From contig NC_018267.1 of assembly GCF_000306885.1 (NCBI RefSeq), positions 870,001 to 902,000 of the forward strand: a stretch of 32,000 bases of DNA. The letters are read 5' to 3'. A program made the position numbers and the translations under genes. The notes below the pieces were generated by a model. The model was not told the DNA's origin and made no database searches. It saw only the letters and a program-made list of their open reading frames with translations. Below, piece after piece: positions 1-10,623 of the stretch (position 1 is its first letter; each line of letters opens with the position of its first letter). This DNA comes from Wolbachia endosymbiont of Onchocerca ochengi. Its GTDB lineage: Bacteria; Pseudomonadota; Alphaproteobacteria; Rickettsiales; Anaplasmataceae.

Positions 1-237
1 GAATTATCTGCAGGTGGAATACCAGTTTGGATTGATGATAAACCTAAGATTGCTCATAATAAAATAATAATCATTGATGATCAAAGAGTCATCACAGGAT
101 CATTCAATCTTAGTAGAACAGCTGAAAAAGGTAATGCCGAGAACCTACTAATTATTGAAGACTATCCTGAACTAATTCAACAATATGTGAAAAACTGGGA
201 AACACGACAGTCTCAATCTTACAAATATACTTTCTAG
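1..237 (+). CDS. Phospholipase D / Nuc-endonuclease family protein, C-terminal part (5' end lies outside the window)
   Basis: Frame 1 is open from base 1 to TAG at 235-237. The translation ELSAGGIPVWIDDKPKIAHNKIIIIDDQRVITGSFNLSRTAEKGNAENLLIIEDYPELIQQYVKNWETRQSQSYKYTF contains a complete HxK(x4)D(x6)GSxN (HKD) motif. Confidence 0.8.
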   Translation, partial: ELSAGGIPVWIDDKPKIAHNKIIIIDDQRVITGSFNLSRTAEKGNAENLLIIEDYPELIQQYVKNWETRQSQSYKYTF

Positions 238-334
238 GTACTGCCAAAAAGTAGATATTTTAGTTAATTAATGTAATAATAATGTCAAAGATTTACTATG
301 CATCTTTTTCATGAATTCTACTACTTCCCAAAGT

Positions 335-643
335 TCAAACCTGTTTTATTATATTCATTATGTCCTTGTTTAACAATTGATACATCGTTTTTACACTATA
401 ATTATCAATTTCTATATTCTCCAATATTGTAGCTTTTACTAATAATAAACCTTTTACAGCTTTTTCCTCCTTTTTTATCAACCCTATTATAGTTGACGAG
501 ATTTTACCTATTTTTTCATTAAAAAAATTCCTTGAACTTTTTTGATTAATAAACTGCTCTTTTTCATTATGTAGGCTACTCACTTTTTTATTAAATTTAA
601 GAAACTTACATTCTCTACAACATTTTCTTAACCTAACAAACAT
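335..643 (-). CDS. Hypothetical protein (102 aa), 38 nt downstream of dnaA
   Basis: ATG-initiated ORF from the track. It is Lys-rich with an N-terminal RKCCRECK cysteine cluster. I recognise no family, and it may be a decayed relic rather than a gene. Confidence 0.3.
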   Translation of the reverse strand: MFVRLRKCCRECKFLKFNKKVSSLHNEKEQFINQKSSRNFFNEKIGKISSTIIGLIKKEEKAVKGLLLVKATILENIEIDNYSVKTMYQLLNKDIMNIIKQV

Positions 644-681
644 GGTACTAAGACCTATATATAATCTAACTTTAAAAAAGT

Positions 682-2073
682 CTACTTAAACATTTTTTTT
701 AACTGATTAATTTCATCAGCAAAATTTGAGTCAGTCCTTATAAAATTTTCTATCTGTTTTACTGCATGTATAACAGTAGCATGGTCTCTACCACCAAAGC
801 TCCTTCCAATATCTGGAAAACTTTTTTGTGTAAACTTTTTAGCAAAATACATAGCTACCTGCCTCGGCCTTACAAGAGCACGGAGTCTTCTATTAGAGTG
901 CATATCTGCAACTTTTATATTAAAAAACTCAGCTATCTTTTTTTGTATTTCTGCTATTGTAATTGGCTTATGATTTGATCTAAGAAGATCTGCTAGAGTT
1001 TCACTGGCTGATTCTACTGTTATACTTCTTCCGATCAATGAAGTATGGACAACTTTATTTAAGGCTCCCTCTAATTCTCTTATATTAGATTTTATGTTTT
1101 TTGCTAGAAATTCTAGGACATCATCTGGAACGTATATATTCATTTGTTCCACCTTGATCTGCAATATACCAAGTCTTAATTCAAAAGTCGTTTCATTAAT
1201 ATCTGCTACCAACCCCCAACCAAGACGGGATTTTATTCTCTCCTCTACTCCGTCAAGATCACTAGGAGATCTATCAGCTGATATAACCAATTGCTTATTT
1301 TGGTCTATCAATGCATTAAAAGTATGAAAAAACTCTTCTTGCGTACTATCTTTACCACTAATAAACTGCACATCATCTACCATCAATACATCTACCGATC
1401 TAAATTGTTCTTTAAACAACATGATATCTTTACTCCTTAGTGCTGTAATATATTGGTACATGAATTTTTCCGCTGATAAATATACTACTTTTCTTTTTGC
1501 TGGAAGAGAATTGACTATGTACCAAGCTATAGCATGCATTAGGTGTGTTTTACCAAGCCCTACCCCGCCATATAGAAACAAAGGATTGCTACCTGATATT
1601 GGATCTATTATAGACTCTGCCACACGTTTCGCAGCTGTAAACGCTAGCTCATTTGGCTTTCCTACTACAAAGTTATCAAAAGTAAATCTCGGATCCAGTG
1701 GTGAACCAAGGCTATGATTATTACTCTCCTCCTTACTCTTTGCTATAGCATTAGAACTTAAATCCTTTTCCTCCCCGGTTACTCGAATATCAATAGAACG
1801 TATATTTTTATCCTCACTTTGCCATAAAGATAGTATCTTCTCCATATAATGAACTGTAATCCACTCCTTTATAAACCTTGTTGGTACAGATAACAAAACT
1901 TCTTCATTGCTACTACTGACAAATCTAAGTGAACTTAGCCAGCTGTTATATGTCGCCTTCCCATAAAGATTATAAAGACAATTCTGGATTTTTTCCCAAG
2001 TAACATTGTGATCTGTTACTGTAACAACTTGGTCAAAAAACATAGCAGAAACCTTAGAGTTAATTAAGCTCAT
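682..2073 (-). CDS. dnaA: Chromosomal replication initiator protein DnaA
   Basis: 463-aa ORF with AAA+ Walker A ([10 protein letters not shown]) and Walker B (LMVDDVQF). The C-terminal DNA-binding domain carries [16 protein letters not shown]. Domain order is typical of DnaA. Confidence 0.97.
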   Translation of the reverse strand: MSLINSKVSAMFFDQVVTVTDHNVTWEKIQNCLYNLYGKATYNSWLSSLRFVSSSNEEVLLSVPTRFIKEWITVHYMEKILSLWQSEDKNIRSIDIRVTGEEKDLSSNAIAKSKEESNNHSLGSPLDPRFTFDNFVVGKPNELAFTAAKRVAESIIDPISGSNPLFLYGGVGLGKTHLMHAIAWYIVNSLPAKRKVVYLSAEKFMYQYITALRSKDIMLFKEQFRSVDVLMVDDVQFISGKDSTQEEFFHTFNALIDQNKQLVISADRSPSDLDGVEERIKSRLGWGLVADINETTFELRLGILQIKVEQMNIYVPDDVLEFLAKNIKSNIRELEGALNKVVHTSLIGRSITVESASETLADLLRSNHKPITIAEIQKKIAEFFNIKVADMHSNRRLRALVRPRQVAMYFAKKFTQKSFPDIGRSFGGRDHATVIHAVKQIENFIRTDSNFADEINQLKKMFK

Positions 2074-2392
2074 ACACTACACCAAGAAAAAAAGTAAATA
2101 ATCAGAAAAACAAAAGGTAATCAATAATTTTGTTGCAAAGTGAAAAGCTAACACTACTCAATACACACTAAAAATTATGGTGATTTTTGATGAGTTGTAA
2201 AGGGTATAAAAGCACTAAAATTAAATCTTATTTTCTTTCAATAAATGAACTCCACTTATCCTTAAGTGCTTAGCAGTGTACTAAAAAAACAATAATATAT
2301 CATATATAAATATAGTATTGAATGTATTGGCAAAAAAGTAAAGTGCCAGTATAAATATAACTAACTTAATATAAACTTACTGAAATAAATTC

Positions 2393-3121
2393 ATGAATAT
2401 ATTAAGTAATCTAAACTATTATATTCAATTTGGTATTGAGCTAGAATTTTATATCGAAGGAATAGAGAAAGAGTGCTTATTTCTCAGTAATGCTAAAGAC
2501 AAAATAGCCTTACTTGGTTTTTTCTGTGAAAAAGAGACCTCTATACACCAATATGAGATAAAAAGTAGTTGTTATACGAACTTTAATGACTTAATTAAAC
2601 ACTTTGAGTTAGTAAAGGGATTAATTACTGAAACAGCACAAAAACTTGGTGGTAATACTTCCTTTAAAGCAAAACCTTACTTAGACAGAGCAGGTAGTGC
2701 ATTAAATGTGCATGTTAACTTAGTTAATTTACATAACAGCAACTTATTTTATTGCAGTGAACAAAAGTACAGTGATTTCTTGATTTATAGTATTGGTGGA
2801 TTATGTGCTATGATGAAAAAAGATATGTTATTCTTTGCTCCTAACAATGATTCATATCTCAGATTTCAGTACCCAGATATTCACACCCCAACTACAGTCA
2901 GTTGGGGTGTGAATAATAGAACTGCTGCGATTAGGACTTTAAGTTCCAGCAGTAAATGTCGCTTAGAACACCGCGTTCCCGGAGCAGATTGCAATCTTGA
3001 AAAAGTACTTATAGCTATAATTGAAGGTATCATTTTTGGGATAGAGAATAAAATCATCCCACCAAATAGAGTATACGGAATTGCATCTGACCCCCAGTAT
3101 AAGATGGAAAGTTTAATATAA
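2393..3121 (+). CDS. Glutamine synthetase-like protein, catalytic domain only (242 aa)
   Basis: By eye it aligns to the GS catalytic domain: FGIELEFY at the domain start, NVHVNL, SWGVNNRTAAIR, and RLEHRVPGADCN (R-x-E-x-R-x-P-x-A-D-x-N). It lacks the N-terminal beta-grasp domain and the last roughly 50 residues of canonical GlnA. Confidence 0.7.
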   Translation: MNILSNLNYYIQFGIELEFYIEGIEKECLFLSNAKDKIALLGFFCEKETSIHQYEIKSSCYTNFNDLIKHFELVKGLITETAQKLGGNTSFKAKPYLDRAGSALNVHVNLVNLHNSNLFYCSEQKYSDFLIYSIGGLCAMMKKDMLFFAPNNDSYLRFQYPDIHTPTTVSWGVNNRTAAIRTLSSSSKCRLEHRVPGADCNLEKVLIAIIEGIIFGIENKIIPPNRVYGIASDPQYKMESLI

Positions 3122-4907
3122 GTCTCAACCATTTTACTACCATATAGGTATTATATTTACTTAAAAAATAAACTAATTAAATCATATTTTTAAATATTTT
3201 ACATACTGTCATGTTAAACACATTTCTTTACTCCATCTTTTCCACTTATTGCTTATTGTTTCTTTTAATTCTTCGTTATACTGTAAAGATAACACCTGTC
3301 TTCTATATGTAAGTTAAACATTACATTTAAAGATGTCTACCGGACAAACCTTTTACCATTCACTGTAATGTCATACGCTGACTATGTTTACATTTACATC
3401 AGTTTTTCAAAAAGCGCGATTTTTTTCCCTTTCAAAAACTCTTTAATTTTTCCCTCAGCTACTCTACGAGTTACTTCTAACTAATTTTTTAATACCACTC
3501 CCTCTTCTTTTAGTTTACTAAACTCTTTCTCTAACCTTTCTCATAATTTTTGATTTTCTAACTCCAGTCTGTTACGTACTATAAAGTAATTTCTGTTTAA
3601 ACTAACAAATCATTATCAGTAGTAGAAGTAAGATTACTACCAACATACTTTTAGATATGACATCAAACAATAATATAGAATTAGATCCTTTACTTTTTAT
3701 TAATATCATACACTTTTTTATTAATTTTTTATCTTCTCTTGACAATAAGGCATGATTCTCACCTCATTTATAATCATAATTCAAGTTAAAACCACCTTCT
3801 TAAACATATCTTCGACAAGTCAATTTTTCGTTTGATAAATAATATGCTCTTCTTTTAATTTATGATTTCTCTTCTCACTTTTTCAATAAGTGTTACCACA
3901 ATAGACACCCAACCCACCAACATTTCTTTCTTGCTATAAAATAGCACTAACCTTAATCAGCTCACTTCTATTACAGCCAATAAAGATTAGCACTGAAGAT
4001 TTTATCTACTTTAAAGTTTCTTCATAGTAAATTCAAAAAACTACTTTTCTAATACCTGCTTGTAACTTCCCACTTTTTTTACTAATTCTATCTAATTACC
4101 TACACTTTCTCAAAAAGTCCTCACTTTTCCATTTATTATTCTAATTATATACTTTTATTTAAAAATTTTATTGATTATTAGATTATAAACACACCACTCA
4201 AGATTTTTTTAATATAGTAGTGAAGCTCTTTTTGTTTTTCATAAATCATCAAAGGAGGATCTTGTCTACTAAATTTTGTTGTGTAAAATCTTCTACTATC
4301 CCACTCGCTCAATAACAAACGTAATTCTCCATAATTGATAAAGCCAGGTGTTATATAAAAATCTTCTGCAAGATTATAATGCTTTTAGTTCTTTCCCATG
4401 CAAAGACCCACTCTCTCCTATTTTCACCAATACTACTCATAAGTAACTTAATATTATCATAATCTACCTTAAGCTTTTTTGCATCATTATATTCAGTAAA
4501 TATAATTCATTATTTAATTTTAACAAGTTGTTTGTCCCATTTGAAATAAGAACTACTCTAAAGTATGAAACAAGATCATCTTCTAAAAAGATTACTTACT
4601 TTTTCCACACTCACTGCTTTACTTTTCTCTACCTCATTAGTCACAGCAAATAACCTACCTCAAAATAAACAATCATACTTTAAAGCTAACAAACCTTCTT
4701 TATATTAACTTTGATTATAAATCTTAACTAAGTTGAAAATAACTACAAGTGTTAAACTTGAATTTAACTCTTTCACTCCTCTCCACATACTAAATTAACC
4801 ATTGCTATAAATTTATAGCACAAAGCCATTTTAACTAACAAACTCACACTAAAGGTAACACAAATACTTTTTCGTTAAACAAGCAATTTTTACTGGGTAG
4901 TAGTTAA

Positions 4908-6215
4908 TTAAGATATAAGAACTCTTTCAGAAAGTTTAAAATCCCTAAGCTTAATAACATCCTCCCTTTTTGGACTGGTTGAAATTAAATGAATTGGCAC
5001 ACCTATTAATTCCTCTACTCTTCTTATATATCTTATTAAATTTGTAGGTAACTCTTTAACCAACCTTTTGCCCTGAGTTCTTTCTTTCCAGCCAGGAAAT
5101 TCTTCATATATTGGCTCTAATTTTCCCTGTATTGCATGTGATGCAGGTAAATAATCGTACACCCTTCCATTGTACTCATAACCAGTACATATTTTAATTC
5201 TATCAAAAGAATCAAGAATGTCTAGCTTAGTTAATACAACACTTGAAACTCCAGAGAGTTGTACTGCTTGACGTACTAAAACTGCATCAAACCAACCGCA
5301 GCGTCTTTTCCTATTACTTACTGTTCCAAGCTCCTTACCTATAGAAAATAAGCTATCTCCTAGTTCATTTTTTTGTTCAGTAGGAAATGGACCGTTGCCT
5401 ACTCTTGTAGTATAAGCTTTTGCTACACCGATAACATAAGCATTGGAAGAGAATCCTGAACCTGTTATTGCTTGCGATGCCACAGTATTGCTTGAAGTAA
5501 CAAAAGGATATGTCCCATGATCAATATCTAAAAATGTGCCTTGAGCGCCCTCAAATATTATTTCCTTGCCTTCTTTTATGAGATCGTTCAATATTCTCCA
5601 TACTGGTTTCTTATACGGAAGAATTTTTTTTGAGACTTCTTCAATTTCCTTTAATATTTCCCCTTTTTTTGCTACCTGACAGCTTAAGCTCCTTCTGATA
5701 GCATTGTGGTAACTTAGAAGAGTATCAATCTTTCCATTAAGCTCATCTGTATTTTCTAAGTCGCAAAGGCGTATAGCTCTTCTTCCAACCTTATCTTCAT
5801 AACATGGTCCTATTCCCTTGTTTGTTGTGCCAATTTTATGATTCCCGTTTAAATTTTCAAACAACTTTTCCTTGTCCTTATGTACACTGAGTATTAATGG
5901 GCAGCTTTCAGAAATCATCAAATTGTTAGGGTTAACATCTATTCCTCTAGTTTTTAATAACTCTATTTCTGAGATTAGGGCATGTGAATCAAGAGCAACA
6001 CCGTTTCCTATAATGGATATCTTGCTTGTCCTTAAAATAGCAGAAGGCAGCAAATTTAATTTATAAACTTCACCATCTACTACTATAGTATGCCCTGCAT
6101 TATTTCCCCCCTGGAATCTAACAACCACACCAGCGTTCTCAGAAAGATAGTCTACCATTTTACCTTTTCCTTCATCACCCCACTGTAAGCCGACAATTAC
6201 AATGTTATTCATCAA
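4908..6215 (-). CDS. purA: Adenylosuccinate synthetase
   Basis: 435-aa ORF with the N-terminal QWGDEGKGK P-loop, plus GGNNAGHT, TTNKGIGPCYEDK and SNRKRRCGWFD. These are colinear with PurA over its full length. Confidence 0.97.
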   Translation of the reverse strand: MMNNIVIVGLQWGDEGKGKMVDYLSENAGVVVRFQGGNNAGHTIVVDGEVYKLNLLPSAILRTSKISIIGNGVALDSHALISEIELLKTRGIDVNPNNLMISESCPLILSVHKDKEKLFENLNGNHKIGTTNKGIGPCYEDKVGRRAIRLCDLENTDELNGKIDTLLSYHNAIRRSLSCQVAKKGEILKEIEEVSKKILPYKKPVWRILNDLIKEGKEIIFEGAQGTFLDIDHGTYPFVTSSNTVASQAITGSGFSSNAYVIGVAKAYTTRVGNGPFPTEQKNELGDSLFSIGKELGTVSNRKRRCGWFDAVLVRQAVQLSGVSSVVLTKLDILDSFDRIKICTGYEYNGRVYDYLPASHAIQGKLEPIYEEFPGWKERTQGKRLVKELPTNLIRYIRRVEELIGVPIHLISTSPKREDVIKLRDFKLSERVLIS

Positions 6216-6399
6216 TACCTTCTGATCAACATGTAAATATTAATGCAGTACACTACAAATGACAAGGATAAAATAAACCTACTACTGCATAGCTATATAA
6301 TAAACTTTTAGTAAAGTGTATTTAAAAATTTCTCGACAAATTGTATAGCCCTTTTATCATAAAGCTGAAGGTATTTAATTATCTCTAATTTCTGCAGAC

Positions 6400-7301
6400 T
6401 AAAACAACAAGAAACTCTCATCTCAATGTTGAATAAAATACTTAGAGTTTCAAAATCCAGAAAGATACCTCTTATATAGAATCTACAAAAACTGATAGTT
6501 TATTGTATAAAAAACAATAAAGATCTTCATATAGAAACAACCTGCATGTGGAAGTGGCGAAAAAGCTCAAAATTTCTTGATAGAAATTGCTATAGAATTA
6601 ACTTCCGTTGATAGAAAAAATCAACGAGCAAGAACCAAACCTGCTGATAATCTTTCTTCTACTGAAATAAAACTGTGTAATAGATATTTGATAAAAAATT
6701 TTTCATAAAATCTCCAAAAGCAGCATTTCAACCAGTTATAGCTAGCGTTAGTATAATATTATTACAAGCAGCATCGTATTGTACATCGTAGAAGTGCATA
6801 TACATATAGTATAAAAACAGTTACATGAAAGCTGATCAGCTCTCTTAGACTTTACATTGTATATTGCCATAAATACTAATCTCGAAAAAGTAGAAGACAT
6901 CGAACAATTTACTACTCACCTTTTTTGAACCCAACATAGTATAGTATGGTTTATTGAACACTCTTTTTTCATAAAAAGACTCTAAATTTTCTCTTCATTT
7001 CTCTGGGCAAGATTACAAATAGCTATTTAATAGAGCTAATATTATATGCTACTTTATCTTCCAGAACACTTAATTTAACACTAGACTTTGATCTCGTATA
7101 TTCAATGTCACTTAGAGTAATAAGTCTAATTGTCAATGCAGTAGCTATAGTTATACTAACTATAGTCAAAAATATTGATAATATTACATAAAGTATCTGT
7201 AATTATCTTTAATTTTTTAAAAAATAATCAACTCCCCGTAATAATCTTCATCATCATGAATTACAAAAAAAACAAACATTGATACTTACGCAGTAGAGCT
7301 A
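6400..7301 (+). pseudogene. Decayed IS110-family transposase (relic 1); boundaries approximate
   Basis: Stop-riddled + strand translation gives LLDFTLYIAINTNLEKVEDIEQFTTHLF (6841-6924), comparable to the IS110 Transposase_20 pattern L.sIpGIG..tA..l.aeigDi.rF. It also gives NQRARTKPADNLSS, comparable to kaKTD..DA. The 3' end reads ...VIIFIIMNYKKNKH and is followed by the terminal motif TTGATACTTACGCAGTAGAGCTA (7279-7301). Confidence 0.45.
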
Positions 7302-7353
7302 AGAATTTCAGTTATATCTAAATTGATAAAAATAACTTACAGTAAATCATTTT

Positions 7354-7527
7354 TTAGAGCGTTTCTACAATATGGTGAGCTTCTTTTTTATTTTCTTTAA
7401 TCGTCTTAATAGCTCTCCTAATTATATATTTTTCTGTTAGTGATAACTTTGCTCTAGTAAACAGTACATACAATGATTTATTGTACCAATCCTTTTGTCC
7501 TTGTGTCAAACTTTCATAATCAGGCAT
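7354..7527 (-). pseudogene. 57-codon ORF that looks like the C-terminal scrap of a UvrD/RecD-type (AAA_30/UvrD_C) helicase
   Basis: The ORF runs from ATG at 7525-7527 to TAA at 7354-7356. It encodes MPDYESLTQGQKDWYNKSLYVLFTRAKLSLTEKYIIRRAIKTIKENKKEAHHIVETL. The stretch QGQ...LYVLFTRAKLSL resembles helicase motif VI (sQG.E...llYVA.TRAk..L). At 57 aa it is far too short to be a helicase. Confidence 0.35.
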
Positions 7528-7599
7528 ATAATTTTCGTATTAAAAACAACATAATTTAATTATTGTACGATTTATATAAAAAGTTAGCAAATTATAAAT

Positions 7600-7821
7600 T
7601 ATAGGCGACAGATTTTATACTTAAAAAGTATTATACATGTCGTCTGTTATGGTTACTATCTATCCGTAACAGAAAAACGAAAAATACTTTACCAGCGTTT
7701 AGTAACTCTCCGCAGGACTGTTAAAATCTCTTTAATTGCTGTAATGAGGAAAATCATCGTTTATTTAAATACCACAACAAAAAATAATAACCTTTATCTT
7801 GATACTTAAACAGTAGATCTA
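7600..7821 (+). pseudogene. Decayed IS110-family transposase, 3' fragment (relic 2)
   Basis: Two adjacent frames are informative. One gives GDRFYT*KVLYMSSVMVTIYP (compare GGR..vRk.LYMaa..a.r.NP). The other (7681-7809) gives KILYQRLVTLRRTVKISLIAVMRKIIVYLNTTTKNNNLYLDT* (compare fYqRL...GK..KvAl.AvMRKLl..lN). It ends in TTGATACTTAAACAGTAGATCTA (7799-7821), which is 20/23 identical to 7279-7301. Confidence 0.55.
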
Positions 7822-7996
7822 TATGCTAGGCACTGTAATCTAAATGCAGTCACTTAATTAAAATTAAGTTTTCCGTATTTTAGGTATCAGCTATTCTTAT
7901 GAAAGTATTTTCACTTCAATATTTATATATTAATCACACTTTTGAATAAATACCTTTTTATCTTAGTTAGGCTTTGACTACCTCTCGTTATTAGGC

Positions 7997-9187
7997 TTAA
8001 GAATACTTTTTAGTATATTCAAGTAAACAGTATATAAGAACTGCAGTTGTAGAACATGCAATTGTTAACAGTGCATTTGACAAAACGCAGTAAGAAAAAA
8101 ACTTCCCTATTATATATATTCCGATAGCTCCGAACATCATATTACAAAATGAGAGAACTCCACTGCCAAGTCCTATACCTTTAATTGTTTCCAAAGCAGA
8201 AGTTACATTATTACTTATTACAAGTGCAAGACCTATATTACTTGGAATCCAAATAATTTGAAGAACAAACATACTTAATTTGTTTATAGAGTAAAAATAC
8301 GCCAATAAACTCTCAGGTATTATTGGCAATATTAAACCTATTATTAACATTCGGCTAACACCTATTTCTGGCACACACTTTCTATTAACCAAAGCTCCGA
8401 TTATGAAAAATATAACTATGATTGATATGAAATAACCGAAATACTGTACTTCAACACCAATAGACTCAAATATGAAAGGGTAGTTAGCAACATACGCCCA
8501 AAGCCACATAAAAGTTAATCCATGAATAGCCGAAAATCCAAGAAAACGATAATTTCTAAACATCGATATATATTGCTTGAAAATATCAACAAGCAAATTA
8601 GCTATACTAATTTTATTTTTACTTACAGCAAGTGTTTCTTGTAACTTAAAGTAAATAAAAATAAGCATAATAATTGCTGCTAGTGATATAATAAGAAACA
8701 AAAATTTCCAGTTATATCCGTGTGAAATTATATAACTACCTACCACTGGTGCTATTCCAGGTGAAAGTGCTACCACCATATTTAATTTTGAAATCATCCT
8801 CGAATACTCACTACCTGAGTATATATCTTTTATTGCTGCATACCCAACAACACCTGTAACACCAGCTCCTATTCCTTGTATAAAGCGAATTAGTATTAAG
8901 AGCACAATATTATTAACCATACAACACATAATACTCGCCAAAGTAAAAACTGTCATACCAATTAGCATGATCGGACGCCTACCATAATAGTCAGATAGCG
9001 GACCATAAATTAGTCCAGATATCGCAAATCCAACTAAGTTTAAGCTAATAGTAAGCTGCACTACACTGCCTTCTACCTTAAAATGATTAGCAATACTCGG
9101 TAATGCGACTAAATATAGGTCAGTTGCTATATCGGCAATTGCTACAGATAGTATCATGATAAGAGAGATAATATTTTGTATTGCCAC
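7997..9187 (-). CDS. MFS transporter, Bcr/CflA-type drug-resistance subfamily
   Basis: 396 aa with a profile of about 12 hydrophobic segments. The N-terminal region ATDLYLVALPSIANHF...VQLTISLNLVGFAISGLIYGPLSDYYGRRPIML includes MFS motif A (G-x-L-x-D-x-x-G-R-R). Confidence 0.88.
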   Translation of the reverse strand: MAIQNIISLIMILSVAIADIATDLYLVALPSIANHFKVEGSVVQLTISLNLVGFAISGLIYGPLSDYYGRRPIMLIGMTVFTLASIMCCMVNNIVLLILIRFIQGIGAGVTGVVGYAAIKDIYSGSEYSRMISKLNMVVALSPGIAPVVGSYIISHGYNWKFLFLIISLAAIIMLIFIYFKLQETLAVSKNKISIANLLVDIFKQYISMFRNYRFLGFSAIHGLTFMWLWAYVANYPFIFESIGVEVQYFGYFISIIVIFFIIGALVNRKCVPEIGVSRMLIIGLILPIIPESLLAYFYSINKLSMFVLQIIWIPSNIGLALVISNNVTSALETIKGIGLGSGVLSFCNMMFGAIGIYIIGKFFSYCVLSNALLTIACSTTAVLIYCLLEYTKKYS

Positions 9188-9413
9188 TTAATTGCTTCGC
9201 TGAGCTACAGAAGCTTTATTATAATAAATTTTCCTTAATCAGTACATTAGTTTATCACTACTAGAACTGAAGATAGCTATTCGAAGGATAACTTTGCCTA
9301 AGAAGAAGTGGAGAAAAAGAAAAGAGTTTTCTCTGAGATAAAGAGTCAGCTTAAACAACAGAAGTAAAGAAACACTGAAATTCACCTCAGTCAAGGTCTT
9401 TGACATATAAATC

Positions 9414-10571
9414 TTACCTAAACCCCATAGCGTAATGAATAAAGCGTTTTTTGAGGAAATTTGAATTTTCAACTACCATTAAGCCAAGATTTCTCAGTGT
9501 TTTAGTGCAAAATACTCTATTAGAAAAGATCCTATTTAACCAATCAGTTGCAAGCGCCATAGTAAAATTATCACAATATCTATCACATGAAATTTTTTTC
9601 AATAAATAACTACTACCAATGTCAATACCATATGCTTTTACAGCAGTTATTTGCTTTATAATACTTTCTATATCTCTAATTCCAAGATTAAGTCCTTGAC
9701 CTGCAACAGGATGAATCAAATGTGCTACATCACCGATAAGCAAAACTCTGCTTTTATACAATCTTTTCGCAAAAGCAAAACTCAAAGAATAAGATTTTCT
9801 TCTACCCTCTAATCTAATTTCCCCCAAATAAGAGCCAAATCTTTTTTTGAGCTCTATGATAAATTCTTCTTCAGCTAAGTTCATTAGCATTTTAGAAACT
9901 TCAGATTTTTCTGTCCAAACTATTGAAGAAGTATGGCCACCCTTCATTGGCAAAATTGCGAACGGACCACCAGGAAAAAACCGTTCTACAGCTAAATTTT
10001 GGTGATTCAATTCATGTTTTACATTAAATACTATGCTATTTTGCTTGTAATCAAATTTCATTACCGGTATAGAAAATAACTCCGGTAATTTAGAGTTTTT
10101 ACCCTCAGCACAGATAAGTAACGACGATATTAATTTCTGGTCATTATCGAGAATAACCTCTACATATCCTGCATCACAAATAATTGTCTTATAGGAAAGT
10201 GGAGAATATATGTTTAGCTTTTTCAAAAAATTATTATTGATTGCATCCCATATAGCAGTATTGCTGATAACATAGCCCATTGGTTCTTCACTAACTATTT
10301 TATGATCATAATGTACAGTAACCGGACTATTTTCATCTAGTATGAATATATCAAGTATAGGTTCTGCTTCACTTTCTATGATCTGCCAAATTCCTAATTT
10401 TTCCAATATTTTTCTCGAACCTTGAGAAATAGCAAATACTCGATTGTCATTAATTACATGCTGTAGATTACTTTTTTCAATCACAGCTACGGATACAGAG
10501 TTATTGCTGAGACCAATGGCAGCAATAAAACCAAGTAACCCACCACCTGAAATAATTATATCATAATTCAT
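9414..10571 (-). CDS. FAD-dependent monooxygenase, UbiH/UbiF/VisC/COQ6 family
   Basis: 385 aa. It has the N-terminal dinucleotide fold YDIIISGGGLLGFIAA and the flavoprotein hydroxylase fingerprint LIGDVAHLIHPVAGQGLNLGIRDI. Confidence 0.88.
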   Translation of the reverse strand: MNYDIIISGGGLLGFIAAIGLSNNSVSVAVIEKSNLQHVINDNRVFAISQGSRKILEKLGIWQIIESEAEPILDIFILDENSPVTVHYDHKIVSEEPMGYVISNTAIWDAINNNFLKKLNIYSPLSYKTIICDAGYVEVILDNDQKLISSLLICAEGKNSKLPELFSIPVMKFDYKQNSIVFNVKHELNHQNLAVERFFPGGPFAILPMKGGHTSSIVWTEKSEVSKMLMNLAEEEFIIELKKRFGSYLGEIRLEGRRKSYSLSFAFAKRLYKSRVLLIGDVAHLIHPVAGQGLNLGIRDIESIIKQITAVKAYGIDIGSSYLLKKISCDRYCDNFTMALATDWLNRIFSNRVFCTKTLRNLGLMVVENSNFLKKRFIHYAMGFR

Positions 10572-10623
10572 TTGCTGACCTTTAAATTACATCCTACCTA
10601 CTTTAAAAAAGTTTAAACAACCT

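Noticed and set aside
766-1717. Three + strand ORFs (766-978, 1094-1327, 1421-1717) inside dnaA. Similar antisense ORFs lie inside other genes: 2881-3132, 5872-6066, 9239-9472, 11174-11407, 13021-13287, 16096-16287, 17637-17882, 20624-20830, 21161-21424, 21443-21682, 22135-22326, 22643-22825 and 27571-27759.
   Set aside because: All lie antisense to strongly supported conserved genes. Their sequences are low-complexity or hydrophobic, as is typical of reverse-frame artefacts, and none carries a recognisable motif.
2256-2264. DnaA-box-like TTATCCTTA (7/9 match to TTATCCACA) in the dnaA/GS-like divergent intergenic region, raising the possibility of oriC or dnaA autoregulation.
   Set aside because: It is a single imperfect box with no cluster and no adjacent AT-rich 13-mer array distinguishable from the AT-rich background. 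In this lineage the origin is not expected to be next to dnaA. A 7/9 match is expected by chance many times in 32 kb.
2366-2380. CtrA-box-like TTAA-N7-TTAC just upstream of the GS-like ORF.
   Set aside because: It is a half-degenerate match, and TTAA-N7-TTAA-like patterns are very frequent at this AT content. There is no supporting second site.
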